Shown one piece after another: positions 53,386 through 62,654 of a stretch of DNA of 64,000 nt; the first letter of the stretch is position 1, and the number at the start of each line of letters is the position of its first letter. Location of the stretch: the IMG/VR virus record IMGVR_UViG_3300012153_000001, positions 1 through 64,000 of that record; one strand, written 5' to 3'. The stretch comes from a virus. Position numbers and translations under genes: made by a program. The notes beneath the pieces were generated by a model, which had not been told where the DNA came from, searched no databases, and worked only from the letters and a program-made list of their open reading frames with translations.

Positions 53386-53558
53386 TTCGGGCGGGCGGTG
53401 AGGCTTGGTTCTTACACGAGATATTCCAGCGTCACCACATCCCGCCCGACGAAGTATACGCCAAACCTACGCGCTTTCGTGTCATGATGTACGCCTCTAT
53501 GGAGGTACGCCGCGAAGAAGAAGAACACGCACGGAAAATAGCAGAGCGAGGGAGGTAA
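53014..53558 (+). CDS. Tail assembly chaperone, -1 frameshift-extended form
   Basis: After a slip at 53376-53382 the -1 frame stays open for 58 codons and stops 6 nt before the tape-measure ATG. Confidence 0.55.
53376..53382 (+). promoter_or_regulatory. Slippery heptamer A_AAA_AAC
   Basis: X_XXY_YYZ motif in the zero frame, at the last two sense codons of the chaperone. Confidence 0.55.
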
Positions 53559-53564
53559 CGGGAC

Positions 53565-55382
53565 ATGTCGTTTGATATTGTAGGGCACTTAAAAATCGTA
53601 GATAACGCCACCCGCCCTCTTCGCGCTATGACTGCCGGGATACTCAAGTTCGGAGCGGCAGCAGCCGGCATCGGAGCGGCAGTCGGCACAGTTGCGGTTG
53701 TTGGCGATAGTCTCAAGAAAGCGATCGATTTCGAATCGCAGCTCCAATCGATCAAGGCGCTTACTGGCGCAACTGACGCTTCTATGGCGAAAATTAACGC
53801 TTTGGCTCTCGAGCAAGGCGCACTCACGAAGTATTCCGCGTTAGAATCAGCGCAAGCCATCGAAGAACTTTTAAAGGCCGGTATGAGCGAAGCAACGATA
53901 ATGTCAGGCGGACTTAATGCAGCGCTAAACCTCGCAACCGCCGGAGGACTCGAACTTGCAGAAGCGGCCGAAACGATGGCTACGTCGATGAACGCGTTTA
54001 AGAAAGACGGACTGAGCGCGGCACAGACTGCGGATATCCTCGCGGGTACTGCGAACGCGGCGGCGACAGACGTACGGAACATTGCGTACGGTATCGCGTC
54101 TGCGGGTGGTGTTGCGGACATGGCCGGCATTTCCTTCCGCGATTTGAATACAGCAATCGGGCTTATGTCCAACGACGGATTGAAAAGCGGATCTGACGCG
54201 GGTACGTCGTTCAAATCGATGCTGATGTATTTACAGCCGCAAACGAAGAAAGCTACCGCGATGTTTAACCAACTCGGAATCGGCGTTGGGAAAGCGAACA
54301 AGTTCTTTGAGGGCGGAAAGATCAAGGATCTCGCAGGAATTGCGGAGGTCTTGAATAAAACGCTCGGCAAGATGAACAACCAGGACCGCGTTGCCACGTT
54401 GCTAGACATGTTCGGAACCGACGGCGTTAAAGCGGCGACTACGTTATACAAGGCCGGCGCTAAAGGCGTAGAAGAGTTCCATAACGAGATGGCGAAGGTC
54501 ACGGCGCTGCAGGTTGCGGAAGAGAAGATGAATAGCGCGGCGGGTGCGATCGAGCAATTCCAAGGCGCGATGGAGACGTTGCAGATATCCGCGATGTCAC
54601 CGTTACTTCCGTACATTAAAAAGTTCGCGTTGGGTGCGCAGGAGATGATTGCGGATTGGACTCCGCAGATTACGGCGGCGGTTCAGAATGCGGTGGATAC
54701 TGCGGCGAAGTACATTAATACGAACTTTATTAATAACCCGGCTTTTAACAACCTACCTGATTTCGAGAGCAAGGTTAAATTTGTTTTCGATTCAATCGGC
54801 AATTCATTCAATAAATGGTGGGAAGCTGGGGGCAAAGCCGAAACGACCCGCGTTACAACCAACATGATTGGATTTTTAATTGACGGGATTGAGGCATCGT
54901 CTCCACAAATCGTGGCCGTAGCCGTGAAGATAGGGCAAGGCATCGCTGATGGGATAATGCAGGGTATTAAGGATCATCTGAACGTGGTATCTCTTCTGAA
55001 CCCGGTTAAGCAACAGATGGAGGAGTTTAACAAGCAATACGACTCTGCTAAAGACCTTAAAAATAATCTGGAGAGTTGGAGCAAAGAGAATCCAGGAAAA
55101 CCTATGGTCGAAGGTGGCACAATCGAACCTTCCTCGAAGCCTAAAGGTTTTTGGGGTTCTTTAGGATTCTCTGGAGGACTTGACCGCGTTCCTTATAATA
55201 ACTACCCAGCTCGCCTGCATCAAGACGAAATGGTATTGAACTCGCAACAGGCGCGTGACTACCGCAACGGAGAAAGTGGCGGAGGAGCTTCTGTAGTGGT
55301 AACGGGTAACACGTTCGTTGTCCGTAACGACGAGGACATCGACGCAATTGCGAACAAAATCGCGCTTCGATTGGCGCAATAA
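53565..55382 (+). CDS. Tail tape measure protein
   Basis: 605 aa, Ala/Gly-rich and helical. Follows the chaperone pair. Confidence 0.85.
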   Translation: MSFDIVGHLKIVDNATRPLRAMTAGILKFGAAAAGIGAAVGTVAVVGDSLKKAIDFESQLQSIKALTGATDASMAKINALALEQGALTKYSALESAQAIEELLKAGMSEATIMSGGLNAALNLATAGGLELAEAAETMATSMNAFKKDGLSAAQTADILAGTANAAATDVRNIAYGIASAGGVADMAGISFRDLNTAIGLMSNDGLKSGSDAGTSFKSMLMYLQPQTKKATAMFNQLGIGVGKANKFFEGGKIKDLAGIAEVLNKTLGKMNNQDRVATLLDMFGTDGVKAATTLYKAGAKGVEEFHNEMAKVTALQVAEEKMNSAAGAIEQFQGAMETLQISAMSPLLPYIKKFALGAQEMIADWTPQITAAVQNAVDTAAKYINTNFINNPAFNNLPDFESKVKFVFDSIGNSFNKWWEAGGKAETTRVTTNMIGFLIDGIEASSPQIVAVAVKIGQGIADGIMQGIKDHLNVVSLLNPVKQQMEEFNKQYDSAKDLKNNLESWSKENPGKPMVEGGTIEPSSKPKGFWGSLGFSGGLDRVPYNNYPARLHQDEMVLNSQQARDYRNGESGGGASVVVTGNTFVVRNDEDIDAIANKIALRLAQ

Positions 55383-55403
55383 AACGGAAAGGAGGCGGCA
55401 TTA

Positions 55404-56084
55404 TTGGCGAGAGGCAAGCCGCAGTTTTGGCTCAAGTATAACAACAACGCGGAGGTCTTATGGCTTCCCGTTAATCCCGAAACAATCAACGCATCATCTA
55501 CGTATGGCTACGAAGACGTTAACGTATCGAATCTCGGTGAGTATACGATTCTCGGAAACAATCGCCAGAAGGACTTCACGGTATCGTCGTTCTTTCCGCG
55601 CGATTATAACGGATCGTACTGCCAGTACTCGAAGCTAAAGGACCCGTGGGAACTCGTTAAGACGATTGAACGGTGGCAGAAGTCCGGCCGTCCTGTCCGT
55701 TTTATTGTGACGAATACGCCGATTAATATCGCGGTTACGATTCGGTCGTTTGAGTATGAAGAACGCGGCGGAGAGCCTGGCGACATTTACTACACGCTGC
55801 AGCTTAAGGAGTATACGTTTATTTCCAACGCTAAGAAATCGGACCCTAACGCAAAGAAGACGAATATCTCGGCGGCAAAGGTTACGACCGACCCAGCGCG
55901 CCCATCAACGCGCACTACTCCGACATCCTATACAGTCAAGTCGGGCGACTCGCTGTTTAAGATCGCGGCCAAAGTCTACGGGAACGGCGATCGATGGCGC
56001 GATATCTACGCGAAGAACAAGTCGGCAATCGGCGCGAATCCTAACGCAATCAAGCCGGGGCAGAAGCTGGTGATCCCGAAATGA
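55404..56084 (+). CDS. LysM-domain tail protein (XkdP-like)
   Basis: C-terminal LysM YTVKSGDSLFKIAAKVYGNGDRWRDIYAKN...IKPGQKLVIP. Confidence 0.8.
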   Translation: MARGKPQFWLKYNNNAEVLWLPVNPETINASSTYGYEDVNVSNLGEYTILGNNRQKDFTVSSFFPRDYNGSYCQYSKLKDPWELVKTIERWQKSGRPVRFIVTNTPINIAVTIRSFEYEERGGEPGDIYYTLQLKEYTFISNAKKSDPNAKKTNISAAKVTTDPARPSTRTTPTSYTVKSGDSLFKIAAKVYGNGDRWRDIYAKNKSAIGANPNAIKPGQKLVIPK

Positions 56085-57142
56085 GTACGCAAATTCGCGT
56101 TTTATATGACGGTAAATATTACGTTGAACCACTCGTAAAGACTGCAACGTGGTCCGGAGACGTGGCGCAACCTCACCGTACCCTAACGCTGTCTCTGTCT
56201 AATACGCTTAACGGCGAGGATCAAGAGATCGCGTTCGAACTCGGCAAGGAGATACGCTTTTACGTAGACGGTAAAGGCGTATTTCGTGGCGTCATCTTTA
56301 CGTATGACATAACGGAGGCTGGCGAGGCGGTCGTCATAGCTTACGATGAAAACGTGTATCTCACGAAGAATACAGATACGCGGAAGTTTGTCAAGATGAC
56401 GGCCGGTGCGATGATTGCGGAGTTGTGTAAATCGTTCGGAATACCGACGGGCGATATCGCAAACACCGGCTACGTAATACCGCGCATGATCCTCCGGAGT
56501 AAAACGTTGTGGGACATGATGGTTACGGCGCTGACGGAAACACGCAAGCAGAATGGACGGAAGTTCGTCGTCTACGCGTCAAACGGCAAGCTTGGACTAC
56601 GCGAGAAAAAGGACGCCACGGTACGTTGGATGATCGAGGATGGCGTTAACATTATCGGCGCAACACGGACGCGCTCTATCGAGGAGCTACGGACAGCCGT
56701 TAAAGTTGTCGGCGGTGAGTCAGAAGAGAAGCAAATCGTCGCATCCGAAAAGAACGCGGCCCTTGTTACGCGATATGGACTAATGCAGCACTACGAAAGC
56801 GCGGACTCAAAACTTAACGCATCCCAATTACGCCAGCTCGCAAAACAGCGCCTTAAGGAGTTATCGACCGTTAAGGAGGACGTAACAGTCAACGCGTTAG
56901 GAATCACGGACGTTGTCGCCGGCACAGCAGTCTATGCCTTCGAGAGTATGACTGACTTGGTCGGCGGCTTTTACGTTAACGCGGATACTCATACGTTTAG
57001 TAACGGCACGCACATGATGGACTTAACGTTGTCCAAAACGGATGACTTGCCGAAGCTGGAATACGAAGATGAGCCGGAGAAAAAGAAAGCCGCGAAGAAA
57101 TCGAAGAAAAAGGCGAAAGAAAAAGCGAAGAAAGGGAAGTGA
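56081..57142 (+). CDS. XkdQ / late-control-D-like tail protein
   Basis: Assigned by position and size. Unusual Lys-rich tail EPEKKKAAKKSKKKAKEKAKKGK. Confidence 0.65.
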   Translation: MSTQIRVLYDGKYYVEPLVKTATWSGDVAQPHRTLTLSLSNTLNGEDQEIAFELGKEIRFYVDGKGVFRGVIFTYDITEAGEAVVIAYDENVYLTKNTDTRKFVKMTAGAMIAELCKSFGIPTGDIANTGYVIPRMILRSKTLWDMMVTALTETRKQNGRKFVVYASNGKLGLREKKDATVRWMIEDGVNIIGATRTRSIEELRTAVKVVGGESEEKQIVASEKNAALVTRYGLMQHYESADSKLNASQLRQLAKQRLKELSTVKEDVTVNALGITDVVAGTAVYAFESMTDLVGGFYVNADTHTFSNGTHMMDLTLSKTDDLPKLEYEDEPEKKKAAKKSKKKAKEKAKKGK

Positions 57143-57146
57143 TGCG

Positions 57147-57494
57147 GTGGCACTCGAAACTATCGACGGAGGCGGCGTAAGTAAATTGCGTGACGTCATC
57201 CGGCAACTCGGTTATAACAAAGATGTTGACGTAGAGATCGGAACGGTCACCGCGCCGCTTCCGGATATTCGCGTGAAACTTGACAACGCCAACTTCGAAC
57301 TGGAGCGTGAGGACATCGTTATTGTTGAGAGGCTCGCGGGGTATAAGCGGGCTGTTAAGATCAACGGAGTAGACGCAGAAATTGAATACGAGCCTTCACT
57401 GGAAGCGGGCGACCGCGTTATCGTCCAAATGTTCAACGCGGGACAGGATTACGTAATACTTGACCGGTTAGGGGGCGTTGGAGATGGCGCTTAG
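57147..57494 (+). CDS. XkdR-like (DUF2577) baseplate protein
   Basis: GTG 57147 follows GGGAAG. The upstream part of track ORF 57042 is the alternate frame of the Lys-rich tail. Confidence 0.55.
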   Translation: MALETIDGGGVSKLRDVIRQLGYNKDVDVEIGTVTAPLPDIRVKLDNANFELEREDIVIVERLAGYKRAVKINGVDAEIEYEPSLEAGDRVIVQMFNAGQDYVILDRLGGVGDGA

Positions 57495-57900
57495 TCCACT
57501 TGCGGTGATTACCGAGGAGGAAACGGAAGAGGCAGTTATTAATGAGATACTGCCGCTCAAGACATACGCGCTTAACGTTGAAACTGGCGAAATGGGCGGG
57601 ATGGTTGACGGGACGGCCGCGATCGAACAGTTCATTTACAAAGCGATCCGGACTGCGCGATACCGTTTCGCGATATTCGATGACGATTACGGTTGCGAGC
57701 TCGACGATTTAATCGGCCAAGAGGTATCGGTCGAACTATTGGAGACGGAAATACCGCGGACAATCGAGGACGCGCTAATATATGACGACCGGATACTTGC
57801 GGTGCGTGACTTTACATTAACGAGGGAGGCGGACAAATTGTACGTCTCTTTTTTCGTGGAAGTAGATAACGAAACGATTCCGGTGGAGGTGACGATTTAA
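57484..57900 (+). CDS. XkdS-like (DUF2634) baseplate protein
   Basis: ATG 8 nt after AGGGGG. Assigned by position. Confidence 0.6.
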   Translation: MALSPLAVITEEETEEAVINEILPLKTYALNVETGEMGGMVDGTAAIEQFIYKAIRTARYRFAIFDDDYGCELDDLIGQEVSVELLETEIPRTIEDALIYDDRILAVRDFTLTREADKLYVSFFVEVDNETIPVEVTI

Positions 57901-58979
57901 TGGCATACGAAGGTCAAACGAAGGCCGCCGTACTCGAACGGATGCTCGGAAACTCTCCGGCGGACATCGACCAACGGCCGGGCTCCGTAACATACGATCT
58001 GGAGTCGCCCACCGCGATAGAAATATCGATGGCTTACGCAGAGCTCGATAACGTACTGGACTGGGGATTCACGGATACGACGTTCGGCGAGTACTTAGAC
58101 AGCCGCGCATCTGACTACGGACTCGTACGTAAGGCCGCGATCAAGTCATCTGGATCAGTAACGTTTACAGGCCCGGATACAACGGTGATTCCGGTGGGCT
58201 CAATCATATCAACAGGCGGAGATAATCCGGTCTATTTCGTAACAACCACGGCCGCCACTATAGCAGGCTCTACGATTACGGTCGCAGCAGAAGCGCAGGA
58301 CGCAGGTGCAGCGGGCAACGTCGGAATGGGCGCGATTAATACAATGGTCGGCGATCTCGTCGGTATTGTAGTGGTAAATAACGCGGTCAACTTCGAAGGG
58401 GGCGTCGATACCGAGTCGGATGCGGCTTTGTACGCGCGCTATCAGGAACGAGCACAGCGGCCAGCCACGTCAGGCAACGCGAATCAATACCGTCAATGGG
58501 CGCTCGAAGTACCTGGCGTAGCTGACGCGATCGTCTATCCGATATGGGCTGGCCCAGGCACGGTTAAAGTCGTACTGCTCGGCGCGGATAAGACTTCGCC
58601 AGATCCTTCCGTAGTTACCGCGGCCCAAACGTATATCGACCCGACGATGGACGGCCACGGCGAAGGAGTTGCGCCCATCGGTCCGGTAGTCACCGTGCAA
58701 GGTGCGGTTGAGGTTCCGATCAATGTCGCGGTAGACGTCGATGTCGAACCGGGCTATACGCTCGAAGAAGTACGCGCGCAACTCGAAGCCGGAGTCACTG
58801 CGTATCTGGCAACGTTGGCCTTCGCGGACCCACTTGTACGGATTACACGGATCGCTAACGTTATCCTCGACGTGCCGCGTGTTATTGATTATCGCGACCT
58901 TACGATCAACGGAGGGACCGCGAATATCGTTGTAAATAACGGAGAGGTTGCGGTTCTTGGGACGGTGACAGTTACGTGA
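57900..58979 (+). CDS. Baseplate J-like protein (XkdT-like)
   Basis: 359 aa. Assigned by position. TAATG overlap start. Confidence 0.7.
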   Translation: MAYEGQTKAAVLERMLGNSPADIDQRPGSVTYDLESPTAIEISMAYAELDNVLDWGFTDTTFGEYLDSRASDYGLVRKAAIKSSGSVTFTGPDTTVIPVGSIISTGGDNPVYFVTTTAATIAGSTITVAAEAQDAGAAGNVGMGAINTMVGDLVGIVVVNNAVNFEGGVDTESDAALYARYQERAQRPATSGNANQYRQWALEVPGVADAIVYPIWAGPGTVKVVLLGADKTSPDPSVVTAAQTYIDPTMDGHGEGVAPIGPVVTVQGAVEVPINVAVDVDVEPGYTLEEVRAQLEAGVTAYLATLAFADPLVRITRIANVILDVPRVIDYRDLTINGGTANIVVNNGEVAVLGTVTVT

Positions 58980-59539
58980 GAACATTAACGGAGATTAAGC
59001 GCGATATGCTCGATTATGTTCCGCAGTATTACCGTGACTCTCTCGTCGCAAGCGGAATACTCAACGCTGAGGCAATCGAGATCGCGAAACTGAATGCGGA
59101 CATTTACGACGTGCTCGACCAGTTTTACATTGACCGGGCAACGTGGGGATTGGCGCGGTGGGAGCGGATATTCGGAGTAACACCGGAAGCTGGCGCAAGT
59201 TACGAACAGCGACGCGAAGTCCTGCGGGGTAAATTGCGCGGCGTCGGTAAGATTAGCGTAAGTCTCATCGAGAACGTTGCGGAAGCCTACGCAAATGGTG
59301 ACGTAGATGTGACGGTGGATAGCGCGGCTTATACGCTGACAATTACGTTTGTCGGCGTTTTTGGCGTGCCTACGCAACTGGACGCGCTCAAGGCGAACCT
59401 ACGCGATATCATTCCGGCCCACATGTCGATTGATTACGTATTCCGCTTCTACACTTACGAGGAGCTCACAGGAAGTGGCGTGGCATATGCGGGCTTAATG
59501 GGATACACGTACGACGATATTTACAATCGGAGGTTATAA
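58976..59539 (+). CDS. XkdU-like (DUF2313) tail protein
   Basis: ...MLDYVPQYYRDS pattern. GTGA overlap start. Confidence 0.6.
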   Translation: MRTLTEIKRDMLDYVPQYYRDSLVASGILNAEAIEIAKLNADIYDVLDQFYIDRATWGLARWERIFGVTPEAGASYEQRREVLRGKLRGVGKISVSLIENVAEAYANGDVDVTVDSAAYTLTITFVGVFGVPTQLDALKANLRDIIPAHMSIDYVFRFYTYEELTGSGVAYAGLMGYTYDDIYNRRL

Positions 59540-59541
59540 CG

Positions 59542-59817
59542 ATGGCAACGACGCCAAATTTAGGGCTACCGCTGATTGATGGCGCGATGACCGCGGATGT
59601 GCCGCGGGATATGAATGCGCTGGCTAATGCGGTGGATACTGCGGTAGGGAACGTAAGTATTCCAGATGCGAGCCTGACCGTGAAGGGTAAAACGCAATTG
59701 TCGAGCGCGACGGGCAGTGCGTTGGAGGATCGGGCGGCTACGCCAAAAGCGGTGAGTGATGCGCTGGCTCAGGCTAAAGCTTACGTAGATCAAGAAAACC
59801 TATGGGGGGCGTTATAA
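59542..59817 (+). CDS. Tail fiber N-terminal/attachment piece
   Basis: TVKGKTQLSSATGSALEDRAATPKAVSDAL is a fiber-shaft-type motif. Only 91 aa. Confidence 0.55.
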   Translation: MATTPNLGLPLIDGAMTADVPRDMNALANAVDTAVGNVSIPDASLTVKGKTQLSSATGSALEDRAATPKAVSDALAQAKAYVDQENLWGAL

Positions 59818-60123
59818 GTGGCGGCGACACCAAAAAGATTGGGGAAAGGTCAATTGTCGACAGCGAGCTCAACATTGTATACCGTTCCCACAGGAACAAC
59901 CACGCTAGTCAAAGCTGTTACACTGTGCAATACAACTTCTGCACCACTCGGTGTAACTCTATCATTCGCTGGTACGGCAGTCATATTCAGTCACAGCATC
60001 AAAGGGTACGATACAATTACAATCCCTTTTATTGACCAAATCATAACGGCGGGCGAGACTATTACCGGCTCTGCTGGAGCAGTTGGAGTAAATTTCTATA
60101 TTAGCGGAAAAGAGGTGACATAA
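59818..60123 (+). CDS. Small beta-rich tail-fiber-associated protein
   Basis: GTG follows GGGGGG. Resembles 44347-44613. Confidence 0.55.
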   Translation: MAATPKRLGKGQLSTASSTLYTVPTGTTTLVKAVTLCNTTSAPLGVTLSFAGTAVIFSHSIKGYDTITIPFIDQIITAGETITGSAGAVGVNFYISGKEVT

Positions 60124-60731
60124 TGCCTGGGATAGATAGTTACTCATTGGATAATTGCGGATTGGATGGCCCATCTAGCGATTCGAACACAAGAAATAGG
60201 ATTGTTGCAAGCTCGAGTAACAATACTGTTGCAAGCGCAAATACAAATTTGCTGGCTTATCCTCAGTTTTCCATAGCACCAATTAAAAATTTTTTAGATG
60301 TCTACTCCCTAGAACCCGCTTTAAATATCAGTGTCGTTGGTTCACATTTGATATATTTCAACTTTTCAGCATCGTCATCATTTCTTTTTCAAAGTTCTAT
60401 GTATGTTGAAACTTCTTTCATTCTCACGGACGATAAAGGCATAAATTTTCCGTTTTTCTCTTCAATAAATTACGGCAGTGACATTACCATGACTCCAGCT
60501 TTTAACCTCAGGCTCTATTCGTTATCAATAGATAAACAAGCTGGGAAATTATATTACACAGGTACTGGTACTACCGGTTCGTATAACTCATTGGTTACTG
60601 TAAACATTCCAACAAACTTAAATTTAGACGGTGAATTAACCTTTAAAGTTGGGGTACGCAAAAATCATACTGCGGGCGGAAACCATAACGTGTTGATTGA
60701 GAAACGTAGTTTGACCGTCTTGACATCTTAA
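60123..60731 (+). CDS. Putative receptor-binding tip protein (clearly AT-richer)
   Basis: SD AGAGGTG. Ser/Asn/Thr-rich and beta-rich. Occupies the distal fiber position. Confidence 0.45.
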   Translation: MPGIDSYSLDNCGLDGPSSDSNTRNRIVASSSNNTVASANTNLLAYPQFSIAPIKNFLDVYSLEPALNISVVGSHLIYFNFSASSSFLFQSSMYVETSFILTDDKGINFPFFSSINYGSDITMTPAFNLRLYSLSIDKQAGKLYYTGTGTTGSYNSLVTVNIPTNLNLDGELTFKVGVRKNHTAGGNHNVLIEKRSLTVLTS

Positions 60732-60812
60732 ATTTTGAGTGGTAGTAAATAAGGGGTGGCCCCTGACATTAATCTTCACATTGTATAGAGACAGCGGAGG
60801 AGATGATCCGAT

Positions 60813-61103
60813 ATGCAAATTGGAGCTAGAATTGTGTATGACCAAGACGGAGAGATTGTTGCCTTTTTGGGAGAAATGATGGGGAACATGCTTCCGAGAA
60901 AAGAGATTACCAGGTTAGATTATATCGATATTGAGTATGAGGAAATCAACTACAACATACATCAAATTGTGAAGGTTGACCCCAAAACAAAACTGCCGGT
61001 GCTGGAAAGGATACATGCTGAATTGACTCCGGAAGAACGTATAAAAGAGTTGGAAGACCAAATACTGTTACTTGCCAATGAAAATACAGGAGGGATTTTG
61101 TAA
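60813..61103 (+). CDS. XkdW-like protein
   Basis: Assigned by size and position. TPEERIKELEDQILLL. Confidence 0.5.
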   Translation: MQIGARIVYDQDGEIVAFLGEMMGNMLPRKEITRLDYIDIEYEEINYNIHQIVKVDPKTKLPVLERIHAELTPEERIKELEDQILLLANENTGGIL

Positions 61104-61261
61104 TGGTGAACGAAGTAGTGGTTCGTATTGCGGCGGAAAGAATTTTGAATAAAGGACTTAACCCAAAGACTGGCCAAATATACCTGCTTGATGACATCAC
61201 CAATACTGGTTATCGGCAAGCAGTCGAGGATTACATCCTGGAGAAAACCGAAGGAATTTAA
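61103..61261 (+). CDS. XkdX-like small protein (52 aa)
   Basis: SD AGGAGGG, TAATG overlap. Last gene of the tail block. Confidence 0.5.
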   Translation: MVNEVVVRIAAERILNKGLNPKTGQIYLLDDITNTGYRQAVEDYILEKTEGI

Positions 61262-61263
61262 CA

Positions 61264-61331
61264 AGCGCTTCCGCTAATCGGAGCGCTATTTTTATGCTCT
61301 CCGCCACCGCGCGGAGGGCTCTTTTATTTTT
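61264..61331 (+). terminator. Two tandem rho-independent terminators
   Basis: AGCGCTTCCG...CGGAGCGCT followed by ATTTTT, then GCTCTCCGC...GCGGAGGGC followed by TCTTTTATTTTT. Confidence 0.7.
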
Positions 61332-61350
61332 ACGGATAGGACGTGAACCC

Positions 61351-61623
61351 GTGAACAAGACGCAGCTTTATCGCATCCTAGTTCTGCTCGCGCTGGCCTT
61401 AACATTCATAGCGAGCGTCTTTGCGGCAACGTCCGTAACTAAATCGCGCATCAACATTAACGTAAGCAGCCGCGCCGCAATCGAAACACTGCCGGGAATC
61501 GGGCCGGTACTTGCAGATCGCATCGTGAGCGGCCGCCCCTACGCGGATGTGTACGAATTGGATCGCGTTGAGGGCGTAGGCCCCGCGACAATAGACGGAA
61601 TTATCGGGAGGGTTGACTGGTGA
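61351..61623 (+). CDS. ComEA-like helix-hairpin-helix DNA-binding protein with signal/anchor peptide
   Basis: LYRILVLLALALTFIASVFA, then INVSSRAAIETLPGIGPVLADRIVSGRPYADVYELDRVEGVGPATIDGI. GTG 61351 was chosen because the track start lies inside the terminators. Confidence 0.65.
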   Translation: MNKTQLYRILVLLALALTFIASVFAATSVTKSRININVSSRAAIETLPGIGPVLADRIVSGRPYADVYELDRVEGVGPATIDGIIGRVDW

Positions 61624-61970
61624 TGGACATTGCGGGAATATCAGCGCTGGCCTTTACGCTATTGAAAGAGGGCGCGTGGATGCCGCTGGCCGTACTCGTT
61701 ATCGGCGTGCTCGTGTGGCTTATGTTACGCGCGCAGAAAGAGCAGACGGAGGCTAACCGGGCAGACGCTAAGAAGCGCGAGGATAAGTTGATGGCGTTCG
61801 TTGACGAGAACAAGGCGGAGGCATTAGCGCGTGAGGATCGTTTGATGGAACATCTTACTAAAACGGAAGAGGTACAGACGCGCATTGTATCGACCTTGGA
61901 ACGGATGGAAATGCGGATGCAGTACATCGAACGCGCTGTGAATATCGAAATAAAGGAGGACGCGGCATGA
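61620..61970 (+). CDS. BhlA/UviB-like holin-like protein
   Basis: One N-terminal TM (WMPLAVLVIGVLVWLML) plus a charged coiled coil. Confidence 0.55.
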   Translation: MMDIAGISALAFTLLKEGAWMPLAVLVIGVLVWLMLRAQKEQTEANRADAKKREDKLMAFVDENKAEALAREDRLMEHLTKTEEVQTRIVSTLERMEMRMQYIERAVNIEIKEDAA

Positions 61971-62653
61971 ACTACCGCAAAGATTACATCCCGAAAGGTA
62001 CCGCGAAAAATAGGCGGCCTGGCCTCGCCATGAACGCGACGACTATTACGATACACAATACGGGTAATCCGTCAAGTTCCGCGGCTAATGAGCGCGCGTG
62101 GCTAACGAATCCGACCAATACGCGTACAGCATCGTTCCATATCGTAGTTGATGAGCGCGAGGCTGTCGAATGTATTCCGCTGAACGAAAACGCTTGGCAT
62201 TCCGGAGACGGCAGCGGAGCGAGTTCCGGCAATCGTACGTCAATCGGCATCGAAATCTGCGAGAGCGGCAATTACGCGAAGACGCTAGATAACGCGGCTA
62301 CTCTCGTTGCGTCGATGTTGAAAGAGCGCGGATGGGGCGTAGATAGATTGCGCCGCCACTACGATTGGTCCGGTAAGATCTGTCCACGCTTAATGTACGA
62401 TGGCGGAACGTGGACCGGCTGGGGTCTGTTTAAAGCGGCGGTGCAAGCGAAATTAAACGAAAAGGTGGCGGATGCTGACGTGAAGAAGGACGTAATTGTT
62501 AGCGTAGTAGTCAACGGTAAGAGGGTAACAGACGGTGTGCTTGACGGCGGAACTACGTATACGCCGGCGCGTGCGGTAGCGGAAGCACTAGGCGCGAAGG
62601 TAACGTGGGACGCGAAGACTAAAACGGTGACGATTACGAAGGAGGGCGTATAA
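61967..62653 (+). CDS. N-acetylmuramoyl-L-alanine amidase endolysin (Amidase_2 plus Cu-amine-oxidase-N-like wall-binding domain)
   Basis: ITIHNTGN, NAWHSGDG, IGIEICE, RHYDWSGKICP. C-terminal VVVNGKRV...YTPARAVAEALGAKVTWDAKTKTVTI. Confidence 0.85.
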   Translation: MNYRKDYIPKGTAKNRRPGLAMNATTITIHNTGNPSSSAANERAWLTNPTNTRTASFHIVVDEREAVECIPLNENAWHSGDGSGASSGNRTSIGIEICESGNYAKTLDNAATLVASMLKERGWGVDRLRRHYDWSGKICPRLMYDGGTWTGWGLFKAAVQAKLNEKVADADVKKDVIVSVVVNGKRVTDGVLDGGTTYTPARAVAEALGAKVTWDAKTKTVTITKEGV

Positions 62654-62654
62654 T

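Noticed and set aside
53432-54616. 394-aa minus-strand ORF
   Set aside because: Antisense to the tape-measure gene. It is Ala/Ser/Pro-rich, mirroring the Ala/Gly-rich sense frame. No SD. All neighbouring genes are on the plus strand.
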